IMG/VR virus record: IMGVR_UViG_3300036982_000320
Location: 1 to 27,870 of that record
DNA from: a virus
Taxonomy: Duplodnaviria; Caudoviricetes
Direction: 5' to 3' (one strand)
Length of the DNA stretch: 27,870 nucleotides
Positions 6,700 to 16,248 of the stretch are shown one piece after another (positions within the stretch are counted from its first letter, which is position 1; each line of letters begins with the position of its first letter). The notes beneath the pieces are model-generated. The model was not told where the DNA came from. It was given only the letters and a program-made list of their open reading frames with translations, and made no database searches. The position numbers were made by a program, and so were the translations under genes.

Positions 6700-9327
6700 T
6701 TACAGATTCCCCTCGGAATGCCAAGTTCCCGGAGTTCCAGCCGTTATGCAAACCCAACCCTTAGGAGTAGCTGGCGATATGGCTGGGGCTGAATTGATTA
6801 TACGGTCACCAACTACCCAAGTGCCAGTAGTAGGAACTGCGGATTGTGAAACAAGAATGTTTGAGACAGTACTGCCTTTGTAGAACGGCGTTCCTTGCCA
6901 AATACCACCGCTCAAAGTAGTTGTGCAATCTTTAAAGACGTTGTCGCTAATGAGCCAAGGGCCTGCGTCGCTGTTGGCAATTCCTTGGGTGCAGTTGGTA
7001 AATACGTTTGCAGCGCATTGATGCGCCAAATTCCGACCCGCTGTAAATCCTGAGGCTAAAATTCCTTGATAATATTTGTTTACAACATTGCCAACTGCAT
7101 GAATTGGCTGCGTCCCAACAAGGAAAATACCTATGTTTTCTCCGGTGGTGTTGCTTGTCTTGCTTGATCCATTTATTTTGTTATTAGAAACAAGGCAATC
7201 TAAATCGCCGCTATTGATGATTACTAGCGCGGGTTTTTCGCTTGCGGCCGCATGATTTGTATCTATAAGATTTCCAGTAACGGTGCAGTTTCCATTTGCC
7301 GCGCCTGCTGAACAACTAACCTGAATCGCTCGGTCAAGTGTTCTCGCAATTCTGTTGTTTGCAACAAGCGCTCCACTAACGTGAGAACCTAAAACATTTA
7401 TCCCATATCCAAAAGCCGGGTATGTTGGATAATTCGGATCGCCGTCAATGTTGGAAATGTTATTGCCAGAGATAACAGGGCTTGGGTTGTTTGAATCTAA
7501 TACAAAGGCGTTGTTTTGTTGATACTGAATACCGCATCGGAAACAATCGGCAATGATGTTGTTACTGATTACGTCGGCGCTTCCGCTTACATTTATCGCG
7601 GCTTTAAGGCTGTAATCAGCAGGGTATATAACACTAAATCCGCAGTTGCTGATTATGTTCCCGGTGATATTTATTTGACCACCGCCCAGATTAAACGATT
7701 CGGAAACGATCCCCGCCTCTCCCCAGTCACGCAATACGTTTCCAGAGACAACGCATCGGGCTGGGTAATAGCCAACATATCCCGTAATGATTCCGTATCG
7801 GGATTTGTTATCTATTGCCGCAAGAGGCGTAACGCCGTTAAGTGCTAGTGGCTGAAGTACGTTCCCAGAAATGACAAAATCAGTATCTCCAGCATTTCCA
7901 CATACATTGATTCCGCAATCGGTATTTCCAAGACAGTAATTGTTGGCAATAATTGAACGCCTTCCAACAAGATTGGGGTAGCTTGCATTTGATCCCATAA
8001 TCAAAATGTCTTGCGCGTCAACGCCAACACTAGCGTCTCCCGGTTGTATTCCGCCGTAAATTCGATTCCCGGTAATTGTGATGGTATTTGAATTGGTGGA
8101 TACGCCGTTTGTGCAGTAAATAGACGCGCAAAACTTTTCAATTACGCAGTTTGTAATTGTTGGTCTAGTTCTCCCAACAATGTTAAACCCCTTGGCAAAA
8201 TTTGTATAGTCGATTCCATCAACACTAGCCCCTTCGTTTGTCCCGAGGATTTTTATGTTGTCAACGGTAATGTCGTCGCCATTAAATTCAATGCAGTTGT
8301 TAACTGTAGTGGCGCTTGCTGTTGGTTGTACTGCAATTATTGACTCGGTGTAATCGCCATACACATATGTCCCCGCCGATATAGTCAAGGCGCTATTAGT
8401 TATATAAGTACCAGCCGGGATATACAGAGAACTGCCAGCCCGAGCATCAAGCGCCAACTGAATTGCTGCCGTGTCATCGGTTGAGCCGTCGCCAGTCGCC
8501 CCAAAGTCCTTGACGCTGATTACGTCGCGCAGCTTGTTCTGAAGCGTCCGCGTTGTCGCGCCTGTTCCGGCCGCAATGAACGAAAGCCGCGCATCGTTGC
8601 CTACGGTCGCCGTGGTGCTGGTCGTTCCATAAGCCACGGCAAAGGAGCGGTTCGCTGACAGGTCGCCGCCTCCGGTCAATCCTGTGCCTGCGGTCATGGT
8701 TGTCGCGCCAAGCGCCCGAGCGGCTAGGTCGGTGGTCAGGTTGGTGATCTGCGCCTGTCCAAGGGTTAGGACATCCGTCCCGCCAGTCGCGTGCGTTGCC
8801 GCGTGAGTGGTGCTTGCCTTGAGCGATAAATCTGAGGTCAGGTTGGTGATCTGCGATTGTCCAAGGGTTAGGACATCCGAGCCGCCAGTTGCGTGCGTGC
8901 TGGCGTGCGTCGATGGGGTGCGGGCATTACTTAGCCGGGCATCGTTACCAACGCACGCGGTTGTCCCAGATGTGCCGTAGGAGACGTTTAGCGTGACATC
9001 AGCCGAAAGAGCGCCACCGCCACCCATGCCTGTGCCAGCGATTACCTGCCGCGTACTAGCCACCTTCGCGGCTAGGTCGGTGGTTAGATCGGTAATTTGG
9101 CTTTGGTCAAGAGTTACGGGGTCGCCTCCGCCAGTCGCGTGCGTTGCCGCGTGTGTTGTTGGCGCTCGCCCGTTCGTCAGGCGCGAGTCGTTGCCTTGGC
9201 AGATCGTCCCGGCGGACGTGCCAAAGCTCGCGGCAATGGTTCCAGTCCCGGTAATCGTTCCCCCGGTCAAACCTGTGCCTGCGGTGATGGCGGAAACCGC
9301 CCCTACATTGATGACTACGTCAGCCAT
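6700..9327 (-). CDS. tail fibre/tailspike with parallel beta-helix (pectate-lyase-like) domain (875 aa)
   Basis: Repetitive N-terminal shaft, then RTLQNKLRDVISVKDFGATGDGSTDDTAAIQLAL (typical beta-helix cap), many I.GN.I Asn-ladder repeats, and C-terminal PTTGTW.VGDRI.N..P......GWVC..AGTPGTW. Confidence 0.88.
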   Translation of the reverse strand: MADVVINVGAVSAITAGTGLTGGTITGTGTIAASFGTSAGTICQGNDSRLTNGRAPTTHAATHATGGGDPVTLDQSQITDLTTDLAAKVASTRQVIAGTGMGGGGALSADVTLNVSYGTSGTTACVGNDARLSNARTPSTHASTHATGGSDVLTLGQSQITNLTSDLSLKASTTHAATHATGGTDVLTLGQAQITNLTTDLAARALGATTMTAGTGLTGGGDLSANRSFAVAYGTTSTTATVGNDARLSFIAAGTGATTRTLQNKLRDVISVKDFGATGDGSTDDTAAIQLALDARAGSSLYIPAGTYITNSALTISAGTYVYGDYTESIIAVQPTASATTVNNCIEFNGDDITVDNIKILGTNEGASVDGIDYTNFAKGFNIVGRTRPTITNCVIEKFCASIYCTNGVSTNSNTITITGNRIYGGIQPGDASVGVDAQDILIMGSNASYPNLVGRRSIIANNYCLGNTDCGINVCGNAGDTDFVISGNVLQPLALNGVTPLAAIDNKSRYGIITGYVGYYPARCVVSGNVLRDWGEAGIVSESFNLGGGQINITGNIISNCGFSVIYPADYSLKAAINVSGSADVISNNIIADCFRCGIQYQQNNAFVLDSNNPSPVISGNNISNIDGDPNYPTYPAFGYGINVLGSHVSGALVANNRIARTLDRAIQVSCSAGAANGNCTVTGNLIDTNHAAASEKPALVIINSGDLDCLVSNNKINGSSKTSNTTGENIGIFLVGTQPIHAVGNVVNKYYQGILASGFTAGRNLAHQCAANVFTNCTQGIANSDAGPWLISDNVFKDCTTTLSGGIWQGTPFYKGSTVSNILVSQSAVPTTGTWVVGDRIINSAPAISPATPKGWVCITAGTPGTWHSEGNL
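8734..8879. repeat. tandem coding repeat in the tail fibre shaft
   Basis: 44-nt segments 8734-8777 and 8836-8879 differ at 2 positions (102-nt period). Protein repeat THA.THATGG.D..TL.Q.QIT.LT.DL occurs three times. Confidence 0.85.
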
Positions 9328-9683
9328 TAGACTGCTCCTGCTTTGGTGTTTACTTGGGCAGCGCCAAGCGAGATAAGCCGCTTAGTGACGCTGGAAGGGA
9401 AGAAGATGTCGAGGTCGTACCGGGCGCTGCCGAGCGGCATAGTGGCAGTCGTAGCGGCTGGGACGATGATCGTCCCCACGGTCATGGCTCCATTGAGGGT
9501 AATCATTGGGCTTGCCCCAATGCTCGAAGCGACAAGGAAGCCAACCACGTCAGGCTGCGAGACAGTCAAGCGCCACTCGGTAGCCGTATTGAGGGCGGGG
9601 TAGGTGTTCGGCCACGTCCCTACGGTTACCGTCTCTTGGTATTCGCCGCCCCTTGAGAAGATGATGTTCCATCGCTGATTCAT
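9327..9683 (-). CDS. small virion protein, putative fibre anchor/adaptor (118 aa)
   Basis: AAGGAG SD; beta-rich; T..MP.G.ARYDL.......KRL..G pattern resembles fibre-attachment domains; TAATG-coupled to the tailspike. Confidence 0.55.
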   Translation of the reverse strand: MNQRWNIIFSRGGEYQETVTVGTWPNTYPALNTATEWRLTVSQPDVVGFLVASSIGASPMITLNGAMTVGTIIVPAATTATMPLGSARYDLDIFFPSSVTKRLISLGAAQVNTKAGAV

Positions 9684-9706
9684 TTCCGCTCCTTGCTTGG
9701 TTCAAC

Positions 9707-11488
9707 CTATTGCTGTTCGGTGCAAGTTACCTTAACCGCGTTCGGCATTGAGAACCAATATTGCGGTTCGTAGGGAGGAGTTGGCATTCCTTGATCGGTG
9801 TGCGTTGGGAACTGCTCAACCATGTGGACGATGGTGTCGTTGCAGATTGCGAGAGGCTCAACGGTCGCGTTGTTGTAGTGCGACTGAAGCACCCCGGGCG
9901 CTATACGGGTAGGACTAGTATTGCCGTTCTCGGCCATGTTGCGGGCAACGATTGCCCCCGCTGCCGTGCGGGCGTATGCCCCAATGGACACGCTTGGGGT
10001 AGCGCCAAGGGTTGGGTTTGGCTCGACTTCCACGAACGAGTAATTCCAGCGCCAGTTGCCGTAATACTCATGGTTGGTGATCCGCGCCGGGAACGAACGG
10101 CACATGGGAGGCGGTACGTCAATGATGGTCGCCCCGACGCAGTTGCGGTACGCCTGCGCGTTGCCCTTGGCGGTGATGATGTCCCTCGGCTCGCTCCAGC
10201 TCGTCCCCTGCAACCCGAAGCGCCAGTCCGTCTCGTCCGCCGAAGAGATGGTGTAAGGCGACCATTCCCCGTCAATGACCGCAAGACGGTAGGAGACGTT
10301 GCCGATTTGACCAAGGTTTGATTGTTCGCTGAGATACCACGGAATCCACCCAGCCCAAACGGTGCGCCCGAAGGGAATGTTCATGTTCCGGTCGGCGTAG
10401 TCGTCCCGAATCTTGGTAGAAAGGGGTGTCGGGTTCCAGCCCGGGCTAGTTATTAGTGTCGCTCCGGTATTGTCCTGCACCACAATCGACGCGTCCGTGA
10501 TGTAGGCCGCTCCGAGGTTGTTCGGGGTGCGAGTAAATGTCGCCGCCGACCCAGCCGCAAAGACTTGGCTTGTCGTAAAGCTCTGCCCGGTAGCGGGGAC
10601 GTTGGCAATGGTGCAGTTGTTGTAGTAGGTCAGTCCCTCAACCATGCGCTGGGGGAACACGGTGCTACAAAGCAACGGGGCGCGAGCCTGAAATCCATTA
10701 GCGTTGTAAAGGTTTACTAGCACGTCGCTGCTTGCTGCTGCGCCGTTGACGGGCTGCATTCCTCCTCGCATCGCCGTTTTGTAACCAGCCATCTTTAGGT
10801 TGTATTGCGCCTTTAAGTTACTGCGACTGATGAATCGAGTAGCCGCCCCGTCGCTGATGATGATCTGCTGATTTGCCACCGCAATCGCATCAAGCACCGT
10901 AGCAAGGCTGACGTTCGGGGAGCCGTAAAGGTCACTCAGCCGCCTCATGTACTCCGGGCTTCCCGCCGTGAACCCAATTGGGGCGGTCAGGCTGTCGGAG
11001 CTTGCCACCGTGCTAACTTCCGCAAGAAGTTCCGTGTAGGTGGTGATCGGGGTAGGAGCGGTCGCGCCATTGACCTGCCAACGACCGTCAGACGACCATG
11101 TCGGGGCAATAGCAATATTCAGGACAGCCGCCGATGAGAACTGCCAATACCAACGCTCGTCCACGAATTCCACTAGTACCACTCCACCTTGCTGCGTCCA
11201 GTAGAACGGCTGCGGGGGACGAGCGTACAAGTTATCAATGCCCACCGACAACCCGCTTGAATCCTCAAGGGTCAAGGAGACGGTGGTGACTGAAAACAGC
11301 GCCGCTATCTGGGTCGAGGCAATTAAAACGCTTGCGCGGGTGTGCCGCGTCATGCCGACCGGGACATCAACCGAGAACAGGTCAGTCTCCGGTATGCCGA
11401 TCTGCCGCGCCGTGTCCTGCATAACAGCGTCAGGCAAGAGGACAGGGATAATCGTCTGCCCTGCGGTGATGTACGCTTGTACGCCCAT
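9707..11488 (-). CDS. putative tail tip/hub protein (593 aa)
   Basis: Long coupled ORF, second gene after the tape measure; function from synteny only. Confidence 0.55.
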   Translation of the reverse strand: MGVQAYITAGQTIIPVLLPDAVMQDTARQIGIPETDLFSVDVPVGMTRHTRASVLIASTQIAALFSVTTVSLTLEDSSGLSVGIDNLYARPPQPFYWTQQGGVVLVEFVDERWYWQFSSAAVLNIAIAPTWSSDGRWQVNGATAPTPITTYTELLAEVSTVASSDSLTAPIGFTAGSPEYMRRLSDLYGSPNVSLATVLDAIAVANQQIIISDGAATRFISRSNLKAQYNLKMAGYKTAMRGGMQPVNGAAASSDVLVNLYNANGFQARAPLLCSTVFPQRMVEGLTYYNNCTIANVPATGQSFTTSQVFAAGSAATFTRTPNNLGAAYITDASIVVQDNTGATLITSPGWNPTPLSTKIRDDYADRNMNIPFGRTVWAGWIPWYLSEQSNLGQIGNVSYRLAVIDGEWSPYTISSADETDWRFGLQGTSWSEPRDIITAKGNAQAYRNCVGATIIDVPPPMCRSFPARITNHEYYGNWRWNYSFVEVEPNPTLGATPSVSIGAYARTAAGAIVARNMAENGNTSPTRIAPGVLQSHYNNATVEPLAICNDTIVHMVEQFPTHTDQGMPTPPYEPQYWFSMPNAVKVTCTEQQ

Positions 11489-13329
11489 TACGCGTAGTCC
11501 TGTGGCGTTCCGACTTGGTACGCCTGCGCGTTGCTACCGAGTGAAAGCACCGAACTTGTATTGAGTTGATTCTGCGGGTCGTACCCAAGGGCAAGTGGAG
11601 CGGCAACGCTGGGGCTTGCGCCTGAAGGCCACCATTGACGGCGACCGTTTTCGGTGTAATACCCGAAGCTTGTCGAGCCGCCGCCGTCATACGAGCGAAG
11701 CGTGCGCGTGTAGACCCCGATAAATGTTCGCTGCCCAGCCGGGTCAACGTCCCCGTGATTGACCTTCCAGTCGTCATTGATGACCACAAAGCCTGCAGGA
11801 ATGGGGCGGAACGTCCGGACAGGAGGGATGTTGACGCGAGAGACAACGGTCATCTCCTCTAGCGTCACCGTTGCCTTGCCCGTCTGAAACACAAAATCCG
11901 ACCCTTGGGTGTAGAGCGTTTGTAGTCGGTGCATCCGTGTCTGGGTGCTGACGTTCGTAGTCGTCTTTGACTGCTCTACGGATGTCGTTTGCCCGTTTGC
12001 ATTAAACTGAGCAAGCGGCTGATCGTTACTAAACACGCCGACATTGATAACGGAGTTGATAGTGTCAAATTGAGTATCCGGAACCTCAATACTAATGCTC
12101 GGGGTTCCCGGAGGGCAATATTCATTGATGACTGCAATACATGACGCAACCGCTATGGTCTGGGTGGTCTGTGTCTTTGCGCTTGTTTCGTTGGCTACCC
12201 AATGCGGGACACCAGCAACGCCGTTGTAGGGGCTATACGGGTCAGGAAGAGCCGGGCAAGTGCGACTAACGGAAAAGGACTTACCAACAATTTGAGCAAG
12301 CGGAACGGCGAAAGACGAAACGCCAGCCGCGTCCGTAGCAATCGCCGGGGAAAGCGCGTCCATCTCAAATCGGATCTTTGCCTTCTTGAGCATATCCTGC
12401 TCGGTGACCACTATCCGCATGATCTTGCAGCGGGCAAAGATGATGCGAGACTGAGCAAGAACCACGGCCGCCCAAATCAGACTCCGGACATCGCCGTTGA
12501 CCGCACCTTCTAGATCACATGAGAATCGCAATTGACCCCATGCCAACATATTTGCATTACGCTCGTAGGTGAATTCAGCCGAACCTGCGAACGCGGCATC
12601 GGGTAAAGCCGTCCGAGCTTGCGAATCGGTGATCTCGTAGATGAGCGAATTCCCTGCCTCGTTGTAAGCATAGGTCTGAGACTCGCGCCGCCAGTTTCCA
12701 ACGCCCGGGGCAACTGGAAGAATCGCCCGGCGGAACAAATCCGCGTAGGGGGCTTTTCCAGTTACGGCTCCTGACGTTCCGCTTGCGGCGGCTGTAGCCG
12801 TTGTCCCAGTTGCTGCAAGGTCAACCACCAACACGCCCGACACCGTGCGAGTAATATGACCGCCAGCGTCAAGGGCAAACCGAGATGTCCAACGGTGCGA
12901 AAGAATCGGATACGGGGTTGGGGTTTGCGAGTTTCCGTCTAGTGCCAACGCCGCCGAAATCGTGAAGTTGACAATACAAGCGCGGCGGCCATTGATTTCC
13001 GTCACCGCAAGCGACATCAGCGGCCCGCGCATGGTGTCGGGGTGGCTGATGTTGAGAAGGTCTTCCGTACCCTCTGGCGTTGTCACGCTGATATAGACAT
13101 TGTCTACGCGTCCTGTTGCTTTTTGAAATCGAGCAACGAGGTCGGTGTAGGTATTTGTGCCGTCCGAAATCAAGGCGCTGCCAGCAACGTGAACCTCGTA
13201 CCGGATCAGCGTGTAGCCGTCTTCCGCGTAGACAGGTTTATGCTCATACGCCGAAATGTTGGTGTAGGGAAGTGTGTAAGTCGTTGATTCAAACGTGAAC
13301 GAGACAAAGGTGCTTCCGTTACTTGGCAT
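11488..13329 (-). CDS. putative distal tail/baseplate protein (613 aa)
   Basis: Long beta-rich ORF TAATG-coupled to the tape measure; function from synteny only. Confidence 0.55.
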   Translation of the reverse strand: MPSNGSTFVSFTFESTTYTLPYTNISAYEHKPVYAEDGYTLIRYEVHVAGSALISDGTNTYTDLVARFQKATGRVDNVYISVTTPEGTEDLLNISHPDTMRGPLMSLAVTEINGRRACIVNFTISAALALDGNSQTPTPYPILSHRWTSRFALDAGGHITRTVSGVLVVDLAATGTTATAAASGTSGAVTGKAPYADLFRRAILPVAPGVGNWRRESQTYAYNEAGNSLIYEITDSQARTALPDAAFAGSAEFTYERNANMLAWGQLRFSCDLEGAVNGDVRSLIWAAVVLAQSRIIFARCKIMRIVVTEQDMLKKAKIRFEMDALSPAIATDAAGVSSFAVPLAQIVGKSFSVSRTCPALPDPYSPYNGVAGVPHWVANETSAKTQTTQTIAVASCIAVINEYCPPGTPSISIEVPDTQFDTINSVINVGVFSNDQPLAQFNANGQTTSVEQSKTTTNVSTQTRMHRLQTLYTQGSDFVFQTGKATVTLEEMTVVSRVNIPPVRTFRPIPAGFVVINDDWKVNHGDVDPAGQRTFIGVYTRTLRSYDGGGSTSFGYYTENGRRQWWPSGASPSVAAPLALGYDPQNQLNTSSVLSLGSNAQAYQVGTPQDYA

Positions 13330-14099
13330 TAGATCCGCGCCCCCATGAGTCGTAGGTCGTTTAGGAAAGGCTTATTGAGGTCAGACAGGGACATTTCCGC
13401 GTCTGCGCGGTCGGCTAGCTTCTTTACGTTCTTGGAAATATTAATTGCCATAGCGCCAATTTGAATAAGAACTGCGCCAATTCCCATTCCGCCTACTCCA
13501 AGTAGTGAATAACTTCCAACCAAGGCCTCTCCTAATTTCATAGCCATCATCCCGGTTGTCTTGGCAGCTTCATAGATGGCTTCAATAATTTCAGGAAGCC
13601 GAACAACGATGTTCTCAAGGATGTCGGCGACCGCCTTGGTAATTGGCTCAAGGAAGATAGCCCCAAGCGAAGCCGTAAACCCGCGAATCTCAAGCATGGC
13701 TCGCTCGATTCGTCCAGATTGCACCATCTGAGCGGCTATAAATGGACTTGTCACGGCGCTCATCCGCATCTTCTTCGCCATCATTTCCATTTCGTTGCCC
13801 AGCTCCGCTAGTTGAATTGCGGGGCTGTACTCGCGGATGTCGTCCGCAAAACCCATGATGAACGAATGCAAGCGCATCAAGGAGTCGTAGATGTATCGCG
13901 CTGCCTTGGCAACTTCATCGAATGCCTTCTTGACAACGCCAGCAACGAAACTCAAGGCGCTGGCGGCTGCTGACATCATGGCCTGAATGTTGATTCCGCC
14001 ACCGCCGCCGCTGCCGCCGCCCATACCAGATGGAGCGCCGCCAGCAGACGACCCGCCGCCCTCGTTGATGTCGATGGTGATCTTGCCAAGGTCTTGCAT
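13329..14099 (-). CDS. short tape-measure-like protein (256 aa)
   Basis: ATG at 14099 (TAATG overlap, GGAGG SD); MQDLGKITIDI N-terminus, Ala/Met-rich helical body, hydrophobic Gly-rich segment near the C-terminus; downstream of the tail chaperone. Confidence 0.6.
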   Translation of the reverse strand: MQDLGKITIDINEGGGSSAGGAPSGMGGGSGGGGGINIQAMMSAAASALSFVAGVVKKAFDEVAKAARYIYDSLMRLHSFIMGFADDIREYSPAIQLAELGNEMEMMAKKMRMSAVTSPFIAAQMVQSGRIERAMLEIRGFTASLGAIFLEPITKAVADILENIVVRLPEIIEAIYEAAKTTGMMAMKLGEALVGSYSLLGVGGMGIGAVLIQIGAMAINISKNVKKLADRADAEMSLSDLNKPFLNDLRLMGARI

Positions 14100-14563
14100 T
14101 ACTGAACCTCCCATGTCATTTCAAAGGCGCACAGGAAAGTCTCGGTTCCACGCATCCAGCCGACCGCCTCGTCTACCGCCTCGATCTGCCCGCCGCTGCG
14201 CCATGTGAGCGGGATGGTCAGCCGACCGCCGAGCGTGTTTTGGATCAGGAGCGTGCGTAGCCCGTCGATAAATTGCTCAATTCCCTCATCCCCGGCAATG
14301 CGCTCGGTCGCCCGGTTGGTGTTGTCAAACAGGCCGCGCCACCAGACCGTAATCTGAATCGTTGACTCAAGCAGCCCAACGCCGCTACGAGGGTGCAGGG
14401 CAGCGTCTCCGCTCGGGATGATCTGTACCGCATACTGGGCAAGCATCTCGTCTCCGGGCTTCTCCGCCACATAGACGGCATCCCCGTAGTTGTTCGCGGA
14501 CATCCAATTTCGGATCTCGTCACGCAACGCAATCCAGATGCCCGCGTTACTTTGCACGGTCAT
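14099..14563 (-). CDS. putative tail terminator/completion protein (154 aa)
   Basis: Size and helix-strand-strand-helix-strand pattern resemble lambda gpU/Mu gp37-type proteins; coupled at both ends. Confidence 0.45.
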   Translation of the reverse strand: MTVQSNAGIWIALRDEIRNWMSANNYGDAVYVAEKPGDEMLAQYAVQIIPSGDAALHPRSGVGLLESTIQITVWWRGLFDNTNRATERIAGDEGIEQFIDGLRTLLIQNTLGGRLTIPLTWRSGGQIEAVDEAVGWMRGTETFLCAFEMTWEVQ

Positions 14564-14816
14564 TGGTTTGCCGCCTTGTTGTGTTCCATGCTCATGCGGA
14601 CGCGGAAGGCAAGATCGTTGTCCCCGGTAGCGGTTCGGATGGTGTGTTCCGTCAGCTCGGGCGACCCAAACGCAATAGCAATACCCTGCGCGAGCATGAT
14701 GGCTTGCCGCGCTTCAATCATGGGGATGTTCTGCGCGAGTCCCATTGCTGTTAGTCCGTCAAAGTCTGAGGGGAGCCGTCCGTAGGTTGCCAAGAATTGG
14801 GCAACCCCCCTTGTTA
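14560..14816 (-). CDS. C-terminal extension of the tail assembly chaperone (gpT-like), reached by -1 frameshift
   Basis: The -1 frame is open from the slippery site: ITRGVAQFLATYGRLPSDF...HNKAANQ, ending in an ATGA overlap with the next gene. Confidence 0.8.
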
Positions 14817-14823
14817 TTTTCCC
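14785..14823 (-). promoter_or_regulatory. programmed -1 ribosomal frameshift signal
   Basis: G GGA AAA heptamer (14823-14817) just before TAA, followed by hairpin GGTTGCC-CAATTCTT-GGCAACC (14806-14785). Confidence 0.85.
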
Positions 14824-15068
14824 GCCTGCTCAACCGCCTTACCCATGCGAGCAAAGACTGCAAAGAGGATCTCGTCCGACGCGTTAGCAGCCACTTCGGG
14901 CGAGCGTGCTACTTTTCTCAAGGCTGCGGCGACATCCGCGACTTGCGGCTGGCCGTCTTGCTTCCCGCTCAATGCGGCGAGCGCCTCGTTCCATTGCACT
15001 ACCAACACGCCGGACGGGATTTCTACGCGGAAGAGAAGCGGGTCGGTATCTAGGGTTAGGTCGATCAT
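14814..15068 (-). CDS. tail assembly chaperone (gpG-like, 84 aa)
   Basis: ATG 1 nt after the tail tube stop; ends ...EQAGK at the slippery heptamer. Confidence 0.8.
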   Translation of the reverse strand: MIDLTLDTDPLLFRVEIPSGVLVVQWNEALAALSGKQDGQPQVADVAAALRKVARSPEVAANASDEILFAVFARMGKAVEQAGK

Positions 15069-15069
15069 G

Positions 15070-15558
15070 TCAAGTAGTATAAGAAGCGGCAAGCAAATTG
15101 CTACCGTCTGGGATGGCGCGGAAGGTCAAACCCATACGCTGCTCGACGTTGCCGAATTGCGAGTGCGCGATTGCGTCACCCATCAAGTAGCAACGCCCAA
15201 AGGTGTAGCCCGTCTTGCCGACCGTCGCCGGGGCGACCTTGATACCAAACGTCCCGCTATCGCCAACCAAGAGGCGACCAACGGTCGAGCTGTACGCCGC
15301 ACCGCGCTGGCGCGTCTGTAGGCTCGTCAAGACCGACGCATCCCACTTGACCAGCGTGACAGTAATCGTCGCGCTCGTGTTTTGAACCACCATTTCCTCA
15401 GGAGTCGCACCCGAGGCGACGGTTTTGATTTCATGGATGTTGTCCGAGTAAGAAACCTGTGGAAGGCTGTCGTTGTCGGTTTGCCCTAGTTCAACGTAGC
15501 CAGATCCGACATTGACGAAAATTGACGTTGGGCCAGCGACGAAGATTGCAGTTGCCAT
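15070..15558 (-). CDS. major tail tube protein (162 aa)
   Basis: Beta-rich, ELG.T motif near the N-terminus, ATITVTL and LTFRAIPD strands; directly upstream of the frameshifting chaperone. Confidence 0.75.
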   Translation of the reverse strand: MATAIFVAGPTSIFVNVGSGYVELGQTDNDSLPQVSYSDNIHEIKTVASGATPEEMVVQNTSATITVTLVKWDASVLTSLQTRQRGAAYSSTVGRLLVGDSGTFGIKVAPATVGKTGYTFGRCYLMGDAIAHSQFGNVEQRMGLTFRAIPDGSNLLAASYTT

Positions 15559-16247
15559 TACTTGAGTTTTCCTTTGAGGATCTTTGCTAGACCAATTTTG
15601 ATCGTTTTGCCTATGGCACTAAATTCTACGGATGTCGGGACAAGGAACGGACGGGCGGGAACGTCTACGCCGCCCCACGCCATGACGTAATCCTTGCCAC
15701 GGGACAGGTTCTCGGTGTTGGGGTTCGCCCCGGTCGCATGGGTACGCTTGCCCTTGCGGGTCAGCGGGATGAAGTTCGGGCCGTCAGTTGAGAAGCCCTT
15801 CTCGTGGTAGATGCCGTAGATAGCGCCCGACATCGTCACGGAGAGGCGGGCAGGGCCAGTCTGCTCGGCTTTCGCACCAATCGACCGCAACAGGTTTCCC
15901 GTGTCGCGGAGAGGCTGACCACCGTTTCGGTAGGACTGCCCGGACATCTTGTACTCGGTCACCATGACGTTCTTGACAACGACCGAGCCGTCCTTCTTCT
16001 TGCGGCTGACCGCCTTGAGGACTTGACGGGTCGCGCTGGCAACCTCGCCTTCCCGGGGCTTCTTGGTCGTCCAGAACTCGCCAGACATGGGCTTCAGCGC
16101 CGCGAGGGCGACCGTCTCACCGTTCGGGCCGCGTCCTTCGCTCTTTGCAATGTGCTGCTTGGCATAAGCCGCGATAGCCGCCGCAATACCATTGCGAACA
16201 GCATCGTTGGCGAGCGCCTTGCTGATTCTTTTGCGCCACGGCTCCAC
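15558..16247 (-). CDS. virion morphogenesis/neck protein (Mu gpG-like)
   Basis: PLRDTGNLLRSI, YGIYHEKG and VPARPFL motifs. Confidence 0.8.
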   Translation of the reverse strand: MEPWRKRISKALANDAVRNGIAAAIAAYAKQHIAKSEGRGPNGETVALAALKPMSGEFWTTKKPREGEVASATRQVLKAVSRKKKDGSVVVKNVMVTEYKMSGQSYRNGGQPLRDTGNLLRSIGAKAEQTGPARLSVTMSGAIYGIYHEKGFSTDGPNFIPLTRKGKRTHATGANPNTENLSRGKDYVMAWGGVDVPARPFLVPTSVEFSAIGKTIKIGLAKILKGKLK

Positions 16248-16248
16248 G

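Noticed and set aside
8734-9160. Tail fibre repeats as a diversity-generating retroelement TR/VR pair
   Set aside because: Repeats are in the N-terminal shaft, encode a structural repeat, and no reverse transcriptase is in the window.
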